A stretch of 64,000 bases of DNA from NCBI GenBank assembly GCA_963713865.1, contig OY970208.1, positions 651,957 through 715,956 on the forward strand, in the 5' to 3' direction. Source of the stretch: an uncultured candidate division Zixibacteria bacterium (lineage in GTDB: Bacteria > Zixibacteria > MSB-5A5 > RBG-16-43-9). The position numbers and the translations under genes were made by a program. The notes beneath the pieces were generated by a model. The model was not told where the DNA came from and did no database searches. It saw only the letters and a list, made by a program, of their open reading frames with translations. The stretch's first letter is position 1; each line of letters begins with the position of its first letter. Below are positions 39,910 to 50,253 of this stretch, piece by piece.

Positions 39910-41481
39910 TCACTCGACTAACTGTTTCAACACCTCTGGCAATTTCTCCATCATATCCCCGGCAATCATCCCCATCTCACCTTTTTCCTCCTTAGCTAAA
40001 TCTCCACATAGTCCATGAATGTAAACCCCGGCTAAAGCAGATTCAAGCATGCTCTTTTTAATATCCTGTTTCTTCAGCAGAATCATCTGAGCTAAAAGCC
40101 CGATTATAATCCCGGTCAAAACATCCCCAGAGCCTGCGGTTGCCATACCGGCATTGCCAGTAGGATTAACATAAATTTCTCCTTCTGGCTCACCGATAAT
40201 CGTAGGTGCTCCTTTAAAGACAAGCACACAATTAAATTTCTTGGCTGATTCGGAAGCATACCTTATCCTGTTTTTGGCAATCTCTTCTATGGGGACACTA
40301 GTCAATCTGGACAATTCGCCTATATGCGGAGTTAAAATCAGAGGAGCTTTTGACTGATTTAATATCGAAGAATCTTTGGCAATAGCATTCAATCCATCCG
40401 CATCTATGACCATAGGCAGCTCGATCTTAGTAATCAATCTTCTGACTAACTCCACAGTCTCGAAATGCTGACCCAGGCCCGGACCTAAAGCCACACAATC
40501 CGCCCATTTTAAAGCCTGCATTATCTCACCTAATCCCCGCAGGGCTAAAACTCCTTTTTTTCTCACATCCGGCAATGGTTTGGTCATAACCTCAGTAACT
40601 TTTATCTCCATTATCTCGTTCAGGCTTTTTGGAATCCCCAAAATTGCCATCCCGGCACCAGCTTTTAAACAGGATAAAGAAGCTAAAGTTGCTGCACCGG
40701 TCATCCCGGTTGAGCCAGCTATAAGAAAAGCCTTACCGCAGTTTCCCTTATGCGCATCTCCCAGACGTTGAGGAAGAGAACTCTTAACCTCTTGTTCGGT
40801 TATTAAATTCAGATTTATTTTCTGCTCCTCTATTACCCCTTGAGGTACACCTATATCTATAACATCTACTTTTCCGCAAAAACTTTTACCTGGAAAGAAA
40901 AATTGTCCTATCTTGGGCAATCCCATAGTTGGGGTAGAGTCTGCTTTCACACATACCCCTTCAACAGAGCCGGTATCAGCATCCAAACCTGAGGGGATAT
41001 CTATGGATAAAACTTTTATCGGGGTCGAATTCATCAGGAGTATCGCCTTTTCTTCCAAACCAGTTGCTTTACCTTTGAAGCCGGTGCCGAAGATCGCATC
41101 CACTATCAGATCAGCTTTAAACTCAAAGGGAAGCTCCTTTTCTTTTAAAATCTCTTTGACAGGTAAGTTTAAATCAATTGCCTTTTTTAAATTAACCAGA
41201 GCATCCCCTTTAACCTCTTCTTTTTTTCCTAAGAGGTAGAATTCTACTTCCGCTCCCCAGGAAGATAAATATCTTCCTACGACAAATCCATCTCCACCAT
41301 TGTTTCCTTTTCCGCAGAAGATAATCACTTTTTTATCCTCAACTTCTCCATTCAGAATCTTTTTTGCCACAAGAGATGAACCCAGTCCAGCTTTTTCCAT
41401 TAGCTCCAGGCCGGGAATACCTATCTCTTCGATAGTGGTCTTATCTATTTTTCTCATCTGCTCTGAGGTTACTAATTTCAT
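39910..41481 (-). CDS. nnr: bifunctional NAD(P)H-hydrate repair enzyme Nnr (epimerase + dehydratase)
   Basis: 523 aa; YjeF-N motif CGKGNNGGDG; C-terminal carbohydrate-kinase-like domain. Confidence 0.85.
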   Translation of the reverse strand: MKLVTSEQMRKIDKTTIEEIGIPGLELMEKAGLGSSLVAKKILNGEVEDKKVIIFCGKGNNGGDGFVVGRYLSSWGAEVEFYLLGKKEEVKGDALVNLKKAIDLNLPVKEILKEKELPFEFKADLIVDAIFGTGFKGKATGLEEKAILLMNSTPIKVLSIDIPSGLDADTGSVEGVCVKADSTPTMGLPKIGQFFFPGKSFCGKVDVIDIGVPQGVIEEQKINLNLITEQEVKSSLPQRLGDAHKGNCGKAFLIAGSTGMTGAATLASLSCLKAGAGMAILGIPKSLNEIMEIKVTEVMTKPLPDVRKKGVLALRGLGEIMQALKWADCVALGPGLGQHFETVELVRRLITKIELPMVIDADGLNAIAKDSSILNQSKAPLILTPHIGELSRLTSVPIEEIAKNRIRYASESAKKFNCVLVFKGAPTIIGEPEGEIYVNPTGNAGMATAGSGDVLTGIIIGLLAQMILLKKQDIKKSMLESALAGVYIHGLCGDLAKEEKGEMGMIAGDMMEKLPEVLKQLVE

Positions 41482-41483
41482 AT

Positions 41484-42299
41484 CTACCCCTTTTTTCTAT
41501 ATAGATTGAATGAATCTCTTAATCTCTTTGCCTCTTCTCTGGCAGATTGAGCAAAATCTTTTTCGGATGAAGCATAGATGACCCCTCTGGAGGAATTAAT
41601 TATGGCTAACTCCCCGTTCTTGTCAGTTCCATACTTAACAGTAAGCTCCGCATCCCCTTTCTGAGCTCCTACTCCCGGGATTAAGATAGGGAAATCTTGA
41701 GCTATTTCCCTTATCTCTTTCAACTGTTCAGGATAAGTAGCACCAACTACCAAACCGCAATTCCTTTTCTTATTCCAGCTTTTGACCTTTTCAGCCACGA
41801 TCTTGTATAATGGTTTCCCATCAATATTCTGAAGTTGAAAATCTTTAGCTCCAACATTAGAAGTTAAACAGAGGATAAAAGAGCATTTATCCTCATATTC
41901 CAGGAAGGGAGCTAAGCTATCCTCACCTAAATAGGGATTCAAAGTCACACCATCTGCTTTGAATTCATCAAAAATTGCTTTAGCATACATCTTGGATGTA
42001 TTTCCGATATCCCCTCTTTTAGCATCCAAGATAACCGGGATATTTTCAGGGATGTATTCGCAGGTTTTCTTCAAAGCCTCAAGCCCTTTTATCCCATAAG
42101 CCTCATAAAAGGCTAAGTTTGGCTTATAAGCACAAACCATATCCTTGGTCGAATCTATAATTTTTTGATTAAAACTAAAAATCGGGTCTTTTTCCTGAAG
42201 TAAATATTTAGGGATTTTCTCTAATTCAGTATCCAAGCCAACGCAGAGAAGAGAGTTGTTTTTGTGAGACACATTTTTTAGTTTTTCGATGAATTTCAT
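41484..42299 (-). CDS. pyrF: orotidine 5'-phosphate decarboxylase (type 2)
   Basis: 271 aa; LCVGLDT ... DAKRGDIGNT motifs. Confidence 0.85.
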   Translation of the reverse strand: MKFIEKLKNVSHKNNSLLCVGLDTELEKIPKYLLQEKDPIFSFNQKIIDSTKDMVCAYKPNLAFYEAYGIKGLEALKKTCEYIPENIPVILDAKRGDIGNTSKMYAKAIFDEFKADGVTLNPYLGEDSLAPFLEYEDKCSFILCLTSNVGAKDFQLQNIDGKPLYKIVAEKVKSWNKKRNCGLVVGATYPEQLKEIREIAQDFPILIPGVGAQKGDAELTVKYGTDKNGELAIINSSRGVIYASSEKDFAQSAREEAKRLRDSFNLYRKKG

Positions 42300-42384
42300 T
42301 TAATATCCTTTCGAAATTAACCTCACAGCTGATTATTAAGATTAAGCTGATGCTCTGCTGTAAAAATTTGTTTAATCCGCTCAA

Positions 42385-43305
42385 TCAGCTATGAACCTTC
42401 AACTTTCCTACCAAATCTCCAATCTTTTTTATCCTCTTTTCCTTAAAATATTTTCTTAATCCTTCAACAATTTTTACCGAGCATTCCGGGTCAACGAAAT
42501 TTCCAGTGCCTATTTGTATCATAGAGGCACCAGCTAAGATAAATTCTAAAGCATCCTGGTAATTCATAATCCCGCCTATCCCTATAATCGGGATTTTCAC
42601 CTGTTGGGCTACTTTCCAAACCATAGCCAAAGCCACGGGCTTAATCGCTGGACCGGAAAGGCCTCCAGTTATATTTTTAAGTTTCGGTTTTTTAGTCTCT
42701 AAATCTATTGCCATACCCACCAGGGTATTGATTAAAGAGATCGCATCTGCACCAGCATCCTTTACTGCTAAGGCAGTTTTCACGATATCGCTGACATTTG
42801 GGGAAAGCTTAGCTATAATCGGAAAAGAGGTACTCTCTTTTACAGCTTTTATGCATTTATAAGCAGATTCAGAATTGGAGCCGAAAGCAATCCCGCCTTC
42901 TTTGACATTAGGGCAGGAGATATTTATCTCTAAGAGGTCTATCCCCTTTTTACATTCTAATCTTTTCACCACCTCAACATATTCTTCTATTGAGCTCCCC
43001 GCTACATTGACAATCACTTTTGTCTTAAGGGTTCTTAAAAAAGGCAGCTTCTCTTTGATAAACCTTTCTACCCCCACATTAGCTAAGCCTATGGCATTCA
43101 GCATCCCGGCTGGGGTCTCGCAGGTTCTGGGTGGAGGATGACCTTCTCTGGGGTTTAAGGTGACCGACTTGGTGATTATCCCGCCTAATCTATTCAAATC
43201 GAAAATGGAACCATATTCTTCACCATATCCAAAAGTCCCTGAAGCCACCAGTACCAGGTTGGAGAATTTGACCTTTCCTATTCTAACTGAAAGATCCGGG
43301 TTCAA
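42385..43305 (-). CDS. pyrD: dihydroorotate dehydrogenase catalytic subunit (class 1B)
   Basis: 306 aa; NISCPN, GGI..GG motifs. Confidence 0.9.
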   Translation of the reverse strand: MNPDLSVRIGKVKFSNLVLVASGTFGYGEEYGSIFDLNRLGGIITKSVTLNPREGHPPPRTCETPAGMLNAIGLANVGVERFIKEKLPFLRTLKTKVIVNVAGSSIEEYVEVVKRLECKKGIDLLEINISCPNVKEGGIAFGSNSESAYKCIKAVKESTSFPIIAKLSPNVSDIVKTALAVKDAGADAISLINTLVGMAIDLETKKPKLKNITGGLSGPAIKPVALAMVWKVAQQVKIPIIGIGGIMNYQDALEFILAGASMIQIGTGNFVDPECSVKIVEGLRKYFKEKRIKKIGDLVGKLKVHS

Positions 43306-44129
43306 TCTAAGATCACCTCCCTGGCATCAAATACCGGTCCCTCTTTACACACCCTCTTATACCCTTTAACTGTATTTACCACACATCCTAAGCAGGCACC
43401 TATACCGCAGGGCATATGGTTTTCTAAAGAGACCTGGCAGTTAAGATTTAATCTTCTTGAAATAGAAGAGACCTCCTTGAGCATCGGATTTGGTCCACAG
43501 GCATAAAACTTCGTATTTTTTAAATTTATTCTTTTTTCTTTTAACTCCTGATAAAAAAGTGAAGTTATCATCCCCCTGTATCCGACGCTACCGTCCTCTG
43601 TAGCAATATGAAGTTTAATCACGGATGAGACAAGTTCCTCTATCAAGATAAGTTCCTCCTTTTTTTTAACACCGAAGAAAAGAGTGATCTTTTCTGGGCT
43701 ATATTTTTTCTTTAAAAGAAAATCTATAAGATAAAATAAAGGAGCTATCCCCATTCCTCCAGCTAAAAGAACTGTATATTCTCCTTTATCAGGAAAAGTA
43801 AAGGAGTTCCCCAGAGGAGCCAAAAGGTCAATTTTCTCTCCCGGATTTTTCCTGGATAAAATCTCTGTGCCGGGTCCTACAACTTTAATCAGAAGCTCAA
43901 AACTATTCTTCTCTTTTTCCATCTGATGAAGACTGAAAGCCCTTCTCAGAAGAGGAAAATAAGTTTGGTTTACTCTCAGATGGCAGAAGTTACCAGGCAA
44001 AGCTTTCTGTGCGATATTCGGTGAAAAAATCTTTAATCTGAATACCTTCTGGTTTAAACTCTCAATTGAAAAAATCGAGCCTTCTTCTTTATAAATCATC
44101 TTTTCTTTTACGCTCCATTTTTCGTTCAA
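43302..44129 (-). CDS. pyrK: dihydroorotate dehydrogenase electron-transfer subunit PyrK
   Basis: 275 aa; FAD/NAD binding; C-terminal CGIGACLGC 2Fe-2S motif; overlaps pyrD. Confidence 0.85.
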   Translation of the reverse strand: MNEKWSVKEKMIYKEEGSIFSIESLNQKVFRLKIFSPNIAQKALPGNFCHLRVNQTYFPLLRRAFSLHQMEKEKNSFELLIKVVGPGTEILSRKNPGEKIDLLAPLGNSFTFPDKGEYTVLLAGGMGIAPLFYLIDFLLKKKYSPEKITLFFGVKKKEELILIEELVSSVIKLHIATEDGSVGYRGMITSLFYQELKEKRINLKNTKFYACGPNPMLKEVSSISRRLNLNCQVSLENHMPCGIGACLGCVVNTVKGYKRVCKEGPVFDAREVILD

Positions 44130-44141
44130 AAAGTTATTCTT

Positions 44142-46154
44142 TTAATCAGTGCTTTGAGGAGGTGGATTGACATCTATCTCATATAAGAACCATTTCCCCA
44201 AATCCAATGGGTCAATAAGCTGAGGGTTAAAGGTAGTATTTAAAGCGGCATTTTTAGCCGCTTCGTCGATCTCCGCATTGTTCAGGGAATTTAAAATCAC
44301 CGCTTCAGTTACTTTCCCGGTGTAATCAATTATTATCTTCAAAACCACTTTGCCTTTTGTTCCCGTCTCTATCTGGGACTCAGGATAAATAAATGTACCT
44401 GTAGTCACTGGCTGAGGTGCCTTGGGTATTTCCGGGGGTTTGGGTACTTTGGTCGTATCGGAAGTATCTGCAGGGGTTGTGGTTTGAGTCTGCGGCTGGG
44501 TTGCTGGAGCAGGTGTCTTAGCTGCTTTCTGTCCTAATTTCTTTCTGGCGAAATCAGCATACTCTGTTCCCGGATATTTATCGATTAGAGATTTATAAGC
44601 TAAAGCTACACTGCTGTCCCCGGGATTATTGTAGTTCTCTAAAATCCAGGTAAGTGCGAACTCAGATTTAGAGGCATATTTGGATTGAGGATAATCATTA
44701 ACGATCTTTTTAAATATGGCTACAGCAGAATCAACCTTTTCAGCTTTAAAGAGGAGGCTTTCCGCTAATATATACTCCTTTTCCACCAAATTTATCCCAA
44801 GAGAGTCCTCAGATAGACCAAGGAATAAAAGCGATTTTTTAGCATAATCACAATTCGGATATTTATCTACTATCTCCTGATAGTAATCCTTTGCCTTTGT
44901 GCTATCCTGAAAGATATTCTCATAGATCCAGGCAATAGCATAAAGCGATTTCGGAACATATTCGGTTTCCGGATATTTATCTACAATGCCCTGGTATTCA
45001 GCTAAAGCTGATTCAGGCAGGTTCATCTTGATAAGATAGAACTCCGCCAGAAGGAAAAGGGGCTGGACCGCTTTTTCCGATTCCTCTTTGGTTACCTGCT
45101 CCTGGTAGCTGGATAATTTTGAGATATCCGCACTCTTCTCTAAGGCTAATTTGGCAGAAGGTGAGTCTGCTTTATCGGTTTTAGCCTTATCGAAATACTC
45201 CTGGGCTTTTTTAAAATCCTTTTTTTGTTCTAAATAGATCATCCCGATTCTATAGAAAGCCTCAGATGATTCGTTGGTTTTCGGATAGGCCAGGCTTATC
45301 TTTTCAAATTTCCCTAAGGCTAAATCCAGACTGTCCTGCAGTTTATATCCTTCTGCTATCTTCAGCTCTATCTGGGGAAGGTATTTAACATACTTTTTCT
45401 CCCTGGATAAGTCTGAAAAAATATTTAACCCCTCTTTATAGTTTTTTAAATTGTAAATCGCCTCTCCGGTCCAGAAAATCGATTTATAAACCAGCTCTCC
45501 CTGTTCCCCGTATTTTCTTACTGCGGAGAAGCTCTCTTTTGCCTGGGTAAAATCTTTTAGCTTAAAATAACCCTCTCCAATCCTGAACTGAGCTAAGGCG
45601 TTCAACTCATCTTTAGGATATTGAGAAAGCATCCTTTTGTAGAAGGTTATTGCTTCAGCATATTCGCCTTCCTCAAATTTTATCTCCCCTAATTTGAAAC
45701 AGACTTCAGACTTCCTTTTCTTCAGCTTGGGATTATCCAGAAGTGATTTTAAAGCTTCTGTAGCTTCAAATCTATTCCCCTGTTTATACTGACTTAAACC
45801 TAAGTAATAATAGGATTCCTCACTAAATTCGCTTTTAGGAAAATTAGTGATCAGCTCCTGAAACTTCCTTTCCGCCTTGGCATAATCCCCCATATTGAAA
45901 TAGGACTTTCCAATCAGAAAAAGGGCATCATCCACCCATTTGGATTTAGGATGAAAAGTCAGAACTTTGGAAGCTTTCTTTATAGCTTCATCATAATACT
46001 TAGCCTCACCCGAGGAAGCCACTTCCCTCCCTGCCTTTTTTTGAGCTTTCTCCGCCTTTTTATAACTTTCCTCTGCATGATAAAAGGTGTTATAATATAT
46101 ACAGGAGAAAATAAAGAGCAAGGAAATCCCCAGGATTAAAACACCTTTTCTCAT
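44142..46154 (-). CDS. TPR-repeat protein with Pro-rich linker and C-terminal TonB-like domain
   Basis: 670 aa; signal/TM; many TPR-like helices; PKPPEIPKAPQP linker; C-terminus resembles TonB_C. Confidence 0.65.
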   Translation of the reverse strand: MRKGVLILGISLLFIFSCIYYNTFYHAEESYKKAEKAQKKAGREVASSGEAKYYDEAIKKASKVLTFHPKSKWVDDALFLIGKSYFNMGDYAKAERKFQELITNFPKSEFSEESYYYLGLSQYKQGNRFEATEALKSLLDNPKLKKRKSEVCFKLGEIKFEEGEYAEAITFYKRMLSQYPKDELNALAQFRIGEGYFKLKDFTQAKESFSAVRKYGEQGELVYKSIFWTGEAIYNLKNYKEGLNIFSDLSREKKYVKYLPQIELKIAEGYKLQDSLDLALGKFEKISLAYPKTNESSEAFYRIGMIYLEQKKDFKKAQEYFDKAKTDKADSPSAKLALEKSADISKLSSYQEQVTKEESEKAVQPLFLLAEFYLIKMNLPESALAEYQGIVDKYPETEYVPKSLYAIAWIYENIFQDSTKAKDYYQEIVDKYPNCDYAKKSLLFLGLSEDSLGINLVEKEYILAESLLFKAEKVDSAVAIFKKIVNDYPQSKYASKSEFALTWILENYNNPGDSSVALAYKSLIDKYPGTEYADFARKKLGQKAAKTPAPATQPQTQTTTPADTSDTTKVPKPPEIPKAPQPVTTGTFIYPESQIETGTKGKVVLKIIIDYTGKVTEAVILNSLNNAEIDEAAKNAALNTTFNPQLIDPLDLGKWFLYEIDVNPPPQSTD

Positions 46155-47074
46155 TCTATAAACCCTTCCTTCTGCACCCAGCCACAGGATAAGCCACAGG
46201 AGTCAAAGTAGTTAAAAGCTAACTCATATTCCGATTTTTTTATCCTGCGATCCAGTGGAGGGAAATCTTTTGCCTGATAGGCAGGGAAATATTGCCCCAT
46301 CAGGCTGATCCAGACTTTAGCTGAAACCTCTTTTGCTAAAAATTCAAAGGATTCAAAACTCCCAGCTATATTTTCAGGCAGAACCAGATGCCGAACTATA
46401 ATTCCGGATACGGCCAGACCGGAACTATTCAATTTCAGATTCCCTGTCTGTCTAAACATCTCTTTTATATTTCTCCGATTTATCTTGACATACTCTTCAG
46501 CTCTTGAAAAGTTATATGCTTTATCATCTTCAGAATAACGCATATCCGGTAGGTAGACATCCACAACCCCATCTAAAAGAGACAAAGCTTCTTTTGATTC
46601 ATAACCTGAGGTATTATAAACTACAGGCAGAGAAAAACCTTTCCCCCAGGCAAAAAAAAGCGCCTCTAAGATCTGAGGGATAAAATGAGTTGGAGTTACC
46701 AGGTTGAGATTATGGGCACCCTTTTTCTCCAAATCAAGGAACTTCTCGGCTAACTCTATAGTGGAAACCTTTTTACCTTTTCCCATCTGGCTAATGGGAT
46801 AGTTCTGACAATAGACACAGCTCAGACTGCAGTTGGTAAAAAAGATTGTGCCTGAGCCCTTTTCTCCTGAAATGGGTGGCTCCTCACCAAAATGCAGATT
46901 GGCACTCGAAATAAATACCTCCTTGCCACTTCTACATCTTCCTTTTTCACCCTTAAGCCGATTAACACCACATTCAAACCCACAAAGATGGCAGGAGCTC
47001 AAGATTTTATAACCTTCCTCAACCCTACTCTCAATGTCGTTTACTCTCATACAAATTAATACGATACAAACCAA
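46151..47074 (-). CDS. radical SAM protein, PflX-like (COG1313)
   Basis: 307 aa; N-terminal CHLCGFEC...RCR; CSLSCVYC radical-SAM cysteine triad. Confidence 0.7.
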   Translation of the reverse strand: MVCIVLICMRVNDIESRVEEGYKILSSCHLCGFECGVNRLKGEKGRCRSGKEVFISSANLHFGEEPPISGEKGSGTIFFTNCSLSCVYCQNYPISQMGKGKKVSTIELAEKFLDLEKKGAHNLNLVTPTHFIPQILEALFFAWGKGFSLPVVYNTSGYESKEALSLLDGVVDVYLPDMRYSEDDKAYNFSRAEEYVKINRRNIKEMFRQTGNLKLNSSGLAVSGIIVRHLVLPENIAGSFESFEFLAKEVSAKVWISLMGQYFPAYQAKDFPPLDRRIKKSEYELAFNYFDSCGLSCGWVQKEGFIE

Positions 47075-47184
47075 CTGGAGTGTAATCCGCCTTTGGTGGA
47101 CAGCTTTACTTTATACCCTGGTCGATTCAAAAACAAAACGATTCATTTTGATAAACCTGAAGGTTTATAATCCAAAAACCTATC

Positions 47185-47970
47185 CTATGGATTTACTTCT
47201 CGCATAGAGTCTATTATCTCAGGCATAATTTCCCCAGCCTTCCCCAGGAAAACCTCATCCGCTAAACTGGAGAGTTCAGTCCTTTCTAAATTCACCTCAA
47301 TTAAATAAGCTCCTGCTCTTTTAGCTATCAATGGCAAGGAAGCTGCTGGATAGACTATGGCGGAAGTCCCGATGGAGAAAAAAAGGTCGCAGAAGGAGGA
47401 GAATTCAAAAGCTTTCTTTATCGCCTCTTCAGGAAGCATCTCCCCAAACCAGACTACATCCGGGCGTAGCATCCCACCGCATCTGCATTTGGGCGGAATC
47501 TCCTCAGATGAAAACTCCAGCTCTTCTAATTTTTGCCCGCAGTCTATACATTTATTTCTCTTGATATTCCCGTGAAGCTCGATAACCTCCTTTGACCCAG
47601 CTTTCTGATGCAAGCCATCCACATTCTGGGTTATCAGATGGAAATTTTCAAAATAGGATTGCATTTCCACTAAACTCCAGTGAGCAGGATTAGGCTTAAC
47701 CTCAGAGATAAGTTTTCTCCGGTATTCGTACCATTCCCAAACCAATTGCGGGTTGGAGATAAAAGCATCAAAAGTGGCTAATTCCTCCGGCTTGAACTTC
47801 TTCCAGAGCCCATCTTCTCCTCTAAAAGTAGGAACACCGCTTTCCGCAGAAATCCCAGCCCCGGTTAAAACCACCACCCTTTTATCTTTTTGAAGATAAG
47901 ATTTTAAAACATCTGAAAGTATATATCTATCCATTTGAATAATAATATATTTTTGATAAAAAAATATCAA
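47185..47970 (-). CDS. cobB: NAD-dependent protein deacylase (Sir2/CobB family)
   Basis: 261 aa; GAGISAESGVPTFRG; Zn ribbon CxxC...CxxC. Confidence 0.85.
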   Translation of the reverse strand: MIFFYQKYIIIQMDRYILSDVLKSYLQKDKRVVVLTGAGISAESGVPTFRGEDGLWKKFKPEELATFDAFISNPQLVWEWYEYRRKLISEVKPNPAHWSLVEMQSYFENFHLITQNVDGLHQKAGSKEVIELHGNIKRNKCIDCGQKLEELEFSSEEIPPKCRCGGMLRPDVVWFGEMLPEEAIKKAFEFSSFCDLFFSIGTSAIVYPAASLPLIAKRAGAYLIEVNLERTELSSLADEVFLGKAGEIMPEIIDSMREVNP

Positions 47971-47986
47971 GGATTTATTTTTAGTA

Positions 47987-49432
47987 TGTTATAGCAAGAT
48001 TAAAATGTCCTAATTTCTACAAAGTTAAAATGTCCTGTTTTCATGTTTTAGTTAATAGTAGCTTTTGTTCTTTTTGTTCATAAGGTCTATATTGTGAATT
48101 AACCTTAAACTTCCGCCAGGGATGATCCACTGGAGGTATATAAGCCGTTTTGAGTTTTAATATGGGTAGTTTTGGAGTTTCTTTTTCTCTCTTAGGCCTG
48201 ATGATAATCTCTTTAAACTTCAAGATGGTATCTTTATAGGTAATTAGCATAGAGCCATCTATCATATCTTCTACTATCACATTGTTAGTTCTTACATTAT
48301 CCTTTATCTGATAGAGCCTGTTATTATGCGCTACCGTGAAGTCGTTCCTTAAAGCCCTTTCGGTCTTAAAGCATAGTATTCGATCCAGGTTAAGAGCTAT
48401 GGGAACAGGTCTATGAAGATCAAGCTCTTCTGCCGCCCTAAAGCTGAATCGCTTATTATATATGGGCAGGTAGTATCTTAAGAGTCGATTGGCTTCTTCT
48501 ATGGTCTTAATACCTCTTAGCCTCATCTCCTTTATTAGGCGATCCTGGAAAGTCCTGAATTGTCTCTCTATCCTCCCCTTAGCCTGAGGAGAATGGGCAT
48601 AGATAATCTTAACTCCCAATTCCTTAAAAGCTCTGGCAACCTCACTCAACGGCTCTATTCCCTTAAGCTGGTCTTCTATAGAAGGCTTCTTAGTTGATTT
48701 ATATGTGGTATGCTTGTCTAAATATATGCTCAGCGGAATACCATATTTTTTGATATAACGTTTAAAACTGTCCATAGCTGGAATGGTGCCTTCATAAGGA
48801 TAAAATCTTGCAAAGACATTACCGGTAGCGTCATCCACATAACCCATAAGAACACATTCCGGACCCCTGCTCTCCAGCCAATCATGATGAGAACCGTCCA
48901 GCTGGATCATCTCGCCAAAATAACGCCTCCTCTGACGCCACTGACGATGAGCCTTTCTCTTTCGACCCCGGTACTCTATCCCTTTCTCCTTGAGCCAGTT
49001 CCTTAAGGTCTCTCGACTTAAACCTATCTTGTCTATCTCTAAAAGCTTCTCTGTCGCTAAGGTCGGACCAAATCCTGCATATCTCTCCTCATAAAGCTCA
49101 AGAACCCTTGTCTTTATCATATCCGGTGTCATATTATGCGATGGTTTTCCTCGAGATCTGTGGACTATACCTCGGTCGCCTTCTTCTATCACCCGCTTTA
49201 TTATTCTTCTGACCTGCCTATCGCTTAAACCTAATATCCCAGCTGCCTCTACTTGAGTTAAACCCTTGTCAATTGCCTGGTGAATCACATTTATCCTCTT
49301 TAGCTCCTCCTGGCTCATCTTTATTATGTCCTTCCCTGCCATAATATCCTCCTTTGGAAAAAGATACTATGGCAATCTCTAAATAGGACATTTCTGCTTT
49401 GCTAAAACAGGACATTATTATATTGCGATTAC
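47987..49432 (-). mobile_element. insertion sequence (IS481/ISNCY-like, rve-family DDE transposase) with imperfect terminal inverted repeats containing duplicated AATGTCCT motifs, flanked by a 17-bp direct repeat aggatttatttttagta (47970-47986 and 49433-49449)
   Basis: transposase ORF 48041..49342; ends aaaatgtcctaattt/aaaatgtcctgtttt at left and aaacaggacatt/taggacattt at right; direct repeat read from the sequence. Confidence 0.7.
48041..49342 (-). CDS. DDE transposase (integrase core domain, N-terminal HTH)
   Basis: 433 aa; HTH LTQVEAAGILGLSDRQVRR; rve-like core with D..D..E spacing. Confidence 0.8.
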   Translation of the reverse strand: MAGKDIIKMSQEELKRINVIHQAIDKGLTQVEAAGILGLSDRQVRRIIKRVIEEGDRGIVHRSRGKPSHNMTPDMIKTRVLELYEERYAGFGPTLATEKLLEIDKIGLSRETLRNWLKEKGIEYRGRKRKAHRQWRQRRRYFGEMIQLDGSHHDWLESRGPECVLMGYVDDATGNVFARFYPYEGTIPAMDSFKRYIKKYGIPLSIYLDKHTTYKSTKKPSIEDQLKGIEPLSEVARAFKELGVKIIYAHSPQAKGRIERQFRTFQDRLIKEMRLRGIKTIEEANRLLRYYLPIYNKRFSFRAAEELDLHRPVPIALNLDRILCFKTERALRNDFTVAHNNRLYQIKDNVRTNNVIVEDMIDGSMLITYKDTILKFKEIIIRPKREKETPKLPILKLKTAYIPPVDHPWRKFKVNSQYRPYEQKEQKLLLTKT

Positions 49433-49653
49433 AGGATTTATTTTTAGTAAGGCAAACCTCCAGCTTTGCTCAGGCAACTCAAAAAAATAGAGACGCATAG
49501 CAATGCATCTCTACAAATTCTTTTCCCCTCTCCTCCCAGGAGAGGGTGAGGCTACCATTTCGCAACCTCATCTTGCTCTAAAAGTGAAATCGTAGGGGCA
49601 ATGCATGTCCAATTGGATCCATCTCGAAATTGCCCCTACCAGAATATTTAATC

Positions 49654-50070
49654 CTACTTCATCTTCAAGAGAGTCTTAAACGAATCCAGATGCCCTTCTT
49701 CATCCCCCAGGATTTCTTCAAACAACCTGCGGGTGGTGACATCATCTTCTTTATTTGCCAATTTGATGATCCCCTTATAAAGCTTAATAGCATCCAGCTC
49801 TGCCGCGATGTTGTCCTTAATCATCTTCGGTAAGCTACCACCAACCATAATCGTGGTGGGCTTGGTCGTAGGGGTTCCACCCAGGAAGTTTAACCTCTCC
49901 GCAATAGCCTCAGCATGTTTCATCTCCGTAATTGCGGTTTTCTCAAAAATCCCACTCACCCCCGGGCTTTCCATCCCCTCGCCCATCACATGCTGCCACA
50001 TATACTGGATGGATACCGCGATCTCCCGGGCAATTGCCTGATTCAGCCTGTTATTTAGCTCCTTGCTCAT
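49654..50070 (-). CDS. ferritin-like protein (bacterioferritin family)
   Basis: 138 aa; four-helix-bundle di-iron ligand pattern E..E..H / E..E..H. Confidence 0.65.
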   Translation of the reverse strand: MSKELNNRLNQAIAREIAVSIQYMWQHVMGEGMESPGVSGIFEKTAITEMKHAEAIAERLNFLGGTPTTKPTTIMVGGSLPKMIKDNIAAELDAIKLYKGIIKLANKEDDVTTRRLFEEILGDEEGHLDSFKTLLKMK

Positions 50071-50253
50071 CCTATCCCTCCGTTTTTGATTATGGGTTAA
50101 CTTATTTATTCTATTTTAATAAAACTACTAATTATAAAGAAAGCAAGGAAATTTTTGAAGTATAAAAAGATATTTTTTGTTTTCTATCTTATCCTGTCAT
50201 TGCGAGAAGTCTCGCCGAAGGAGGGACTCGCAATGACGTCCTATTAATAGCCT

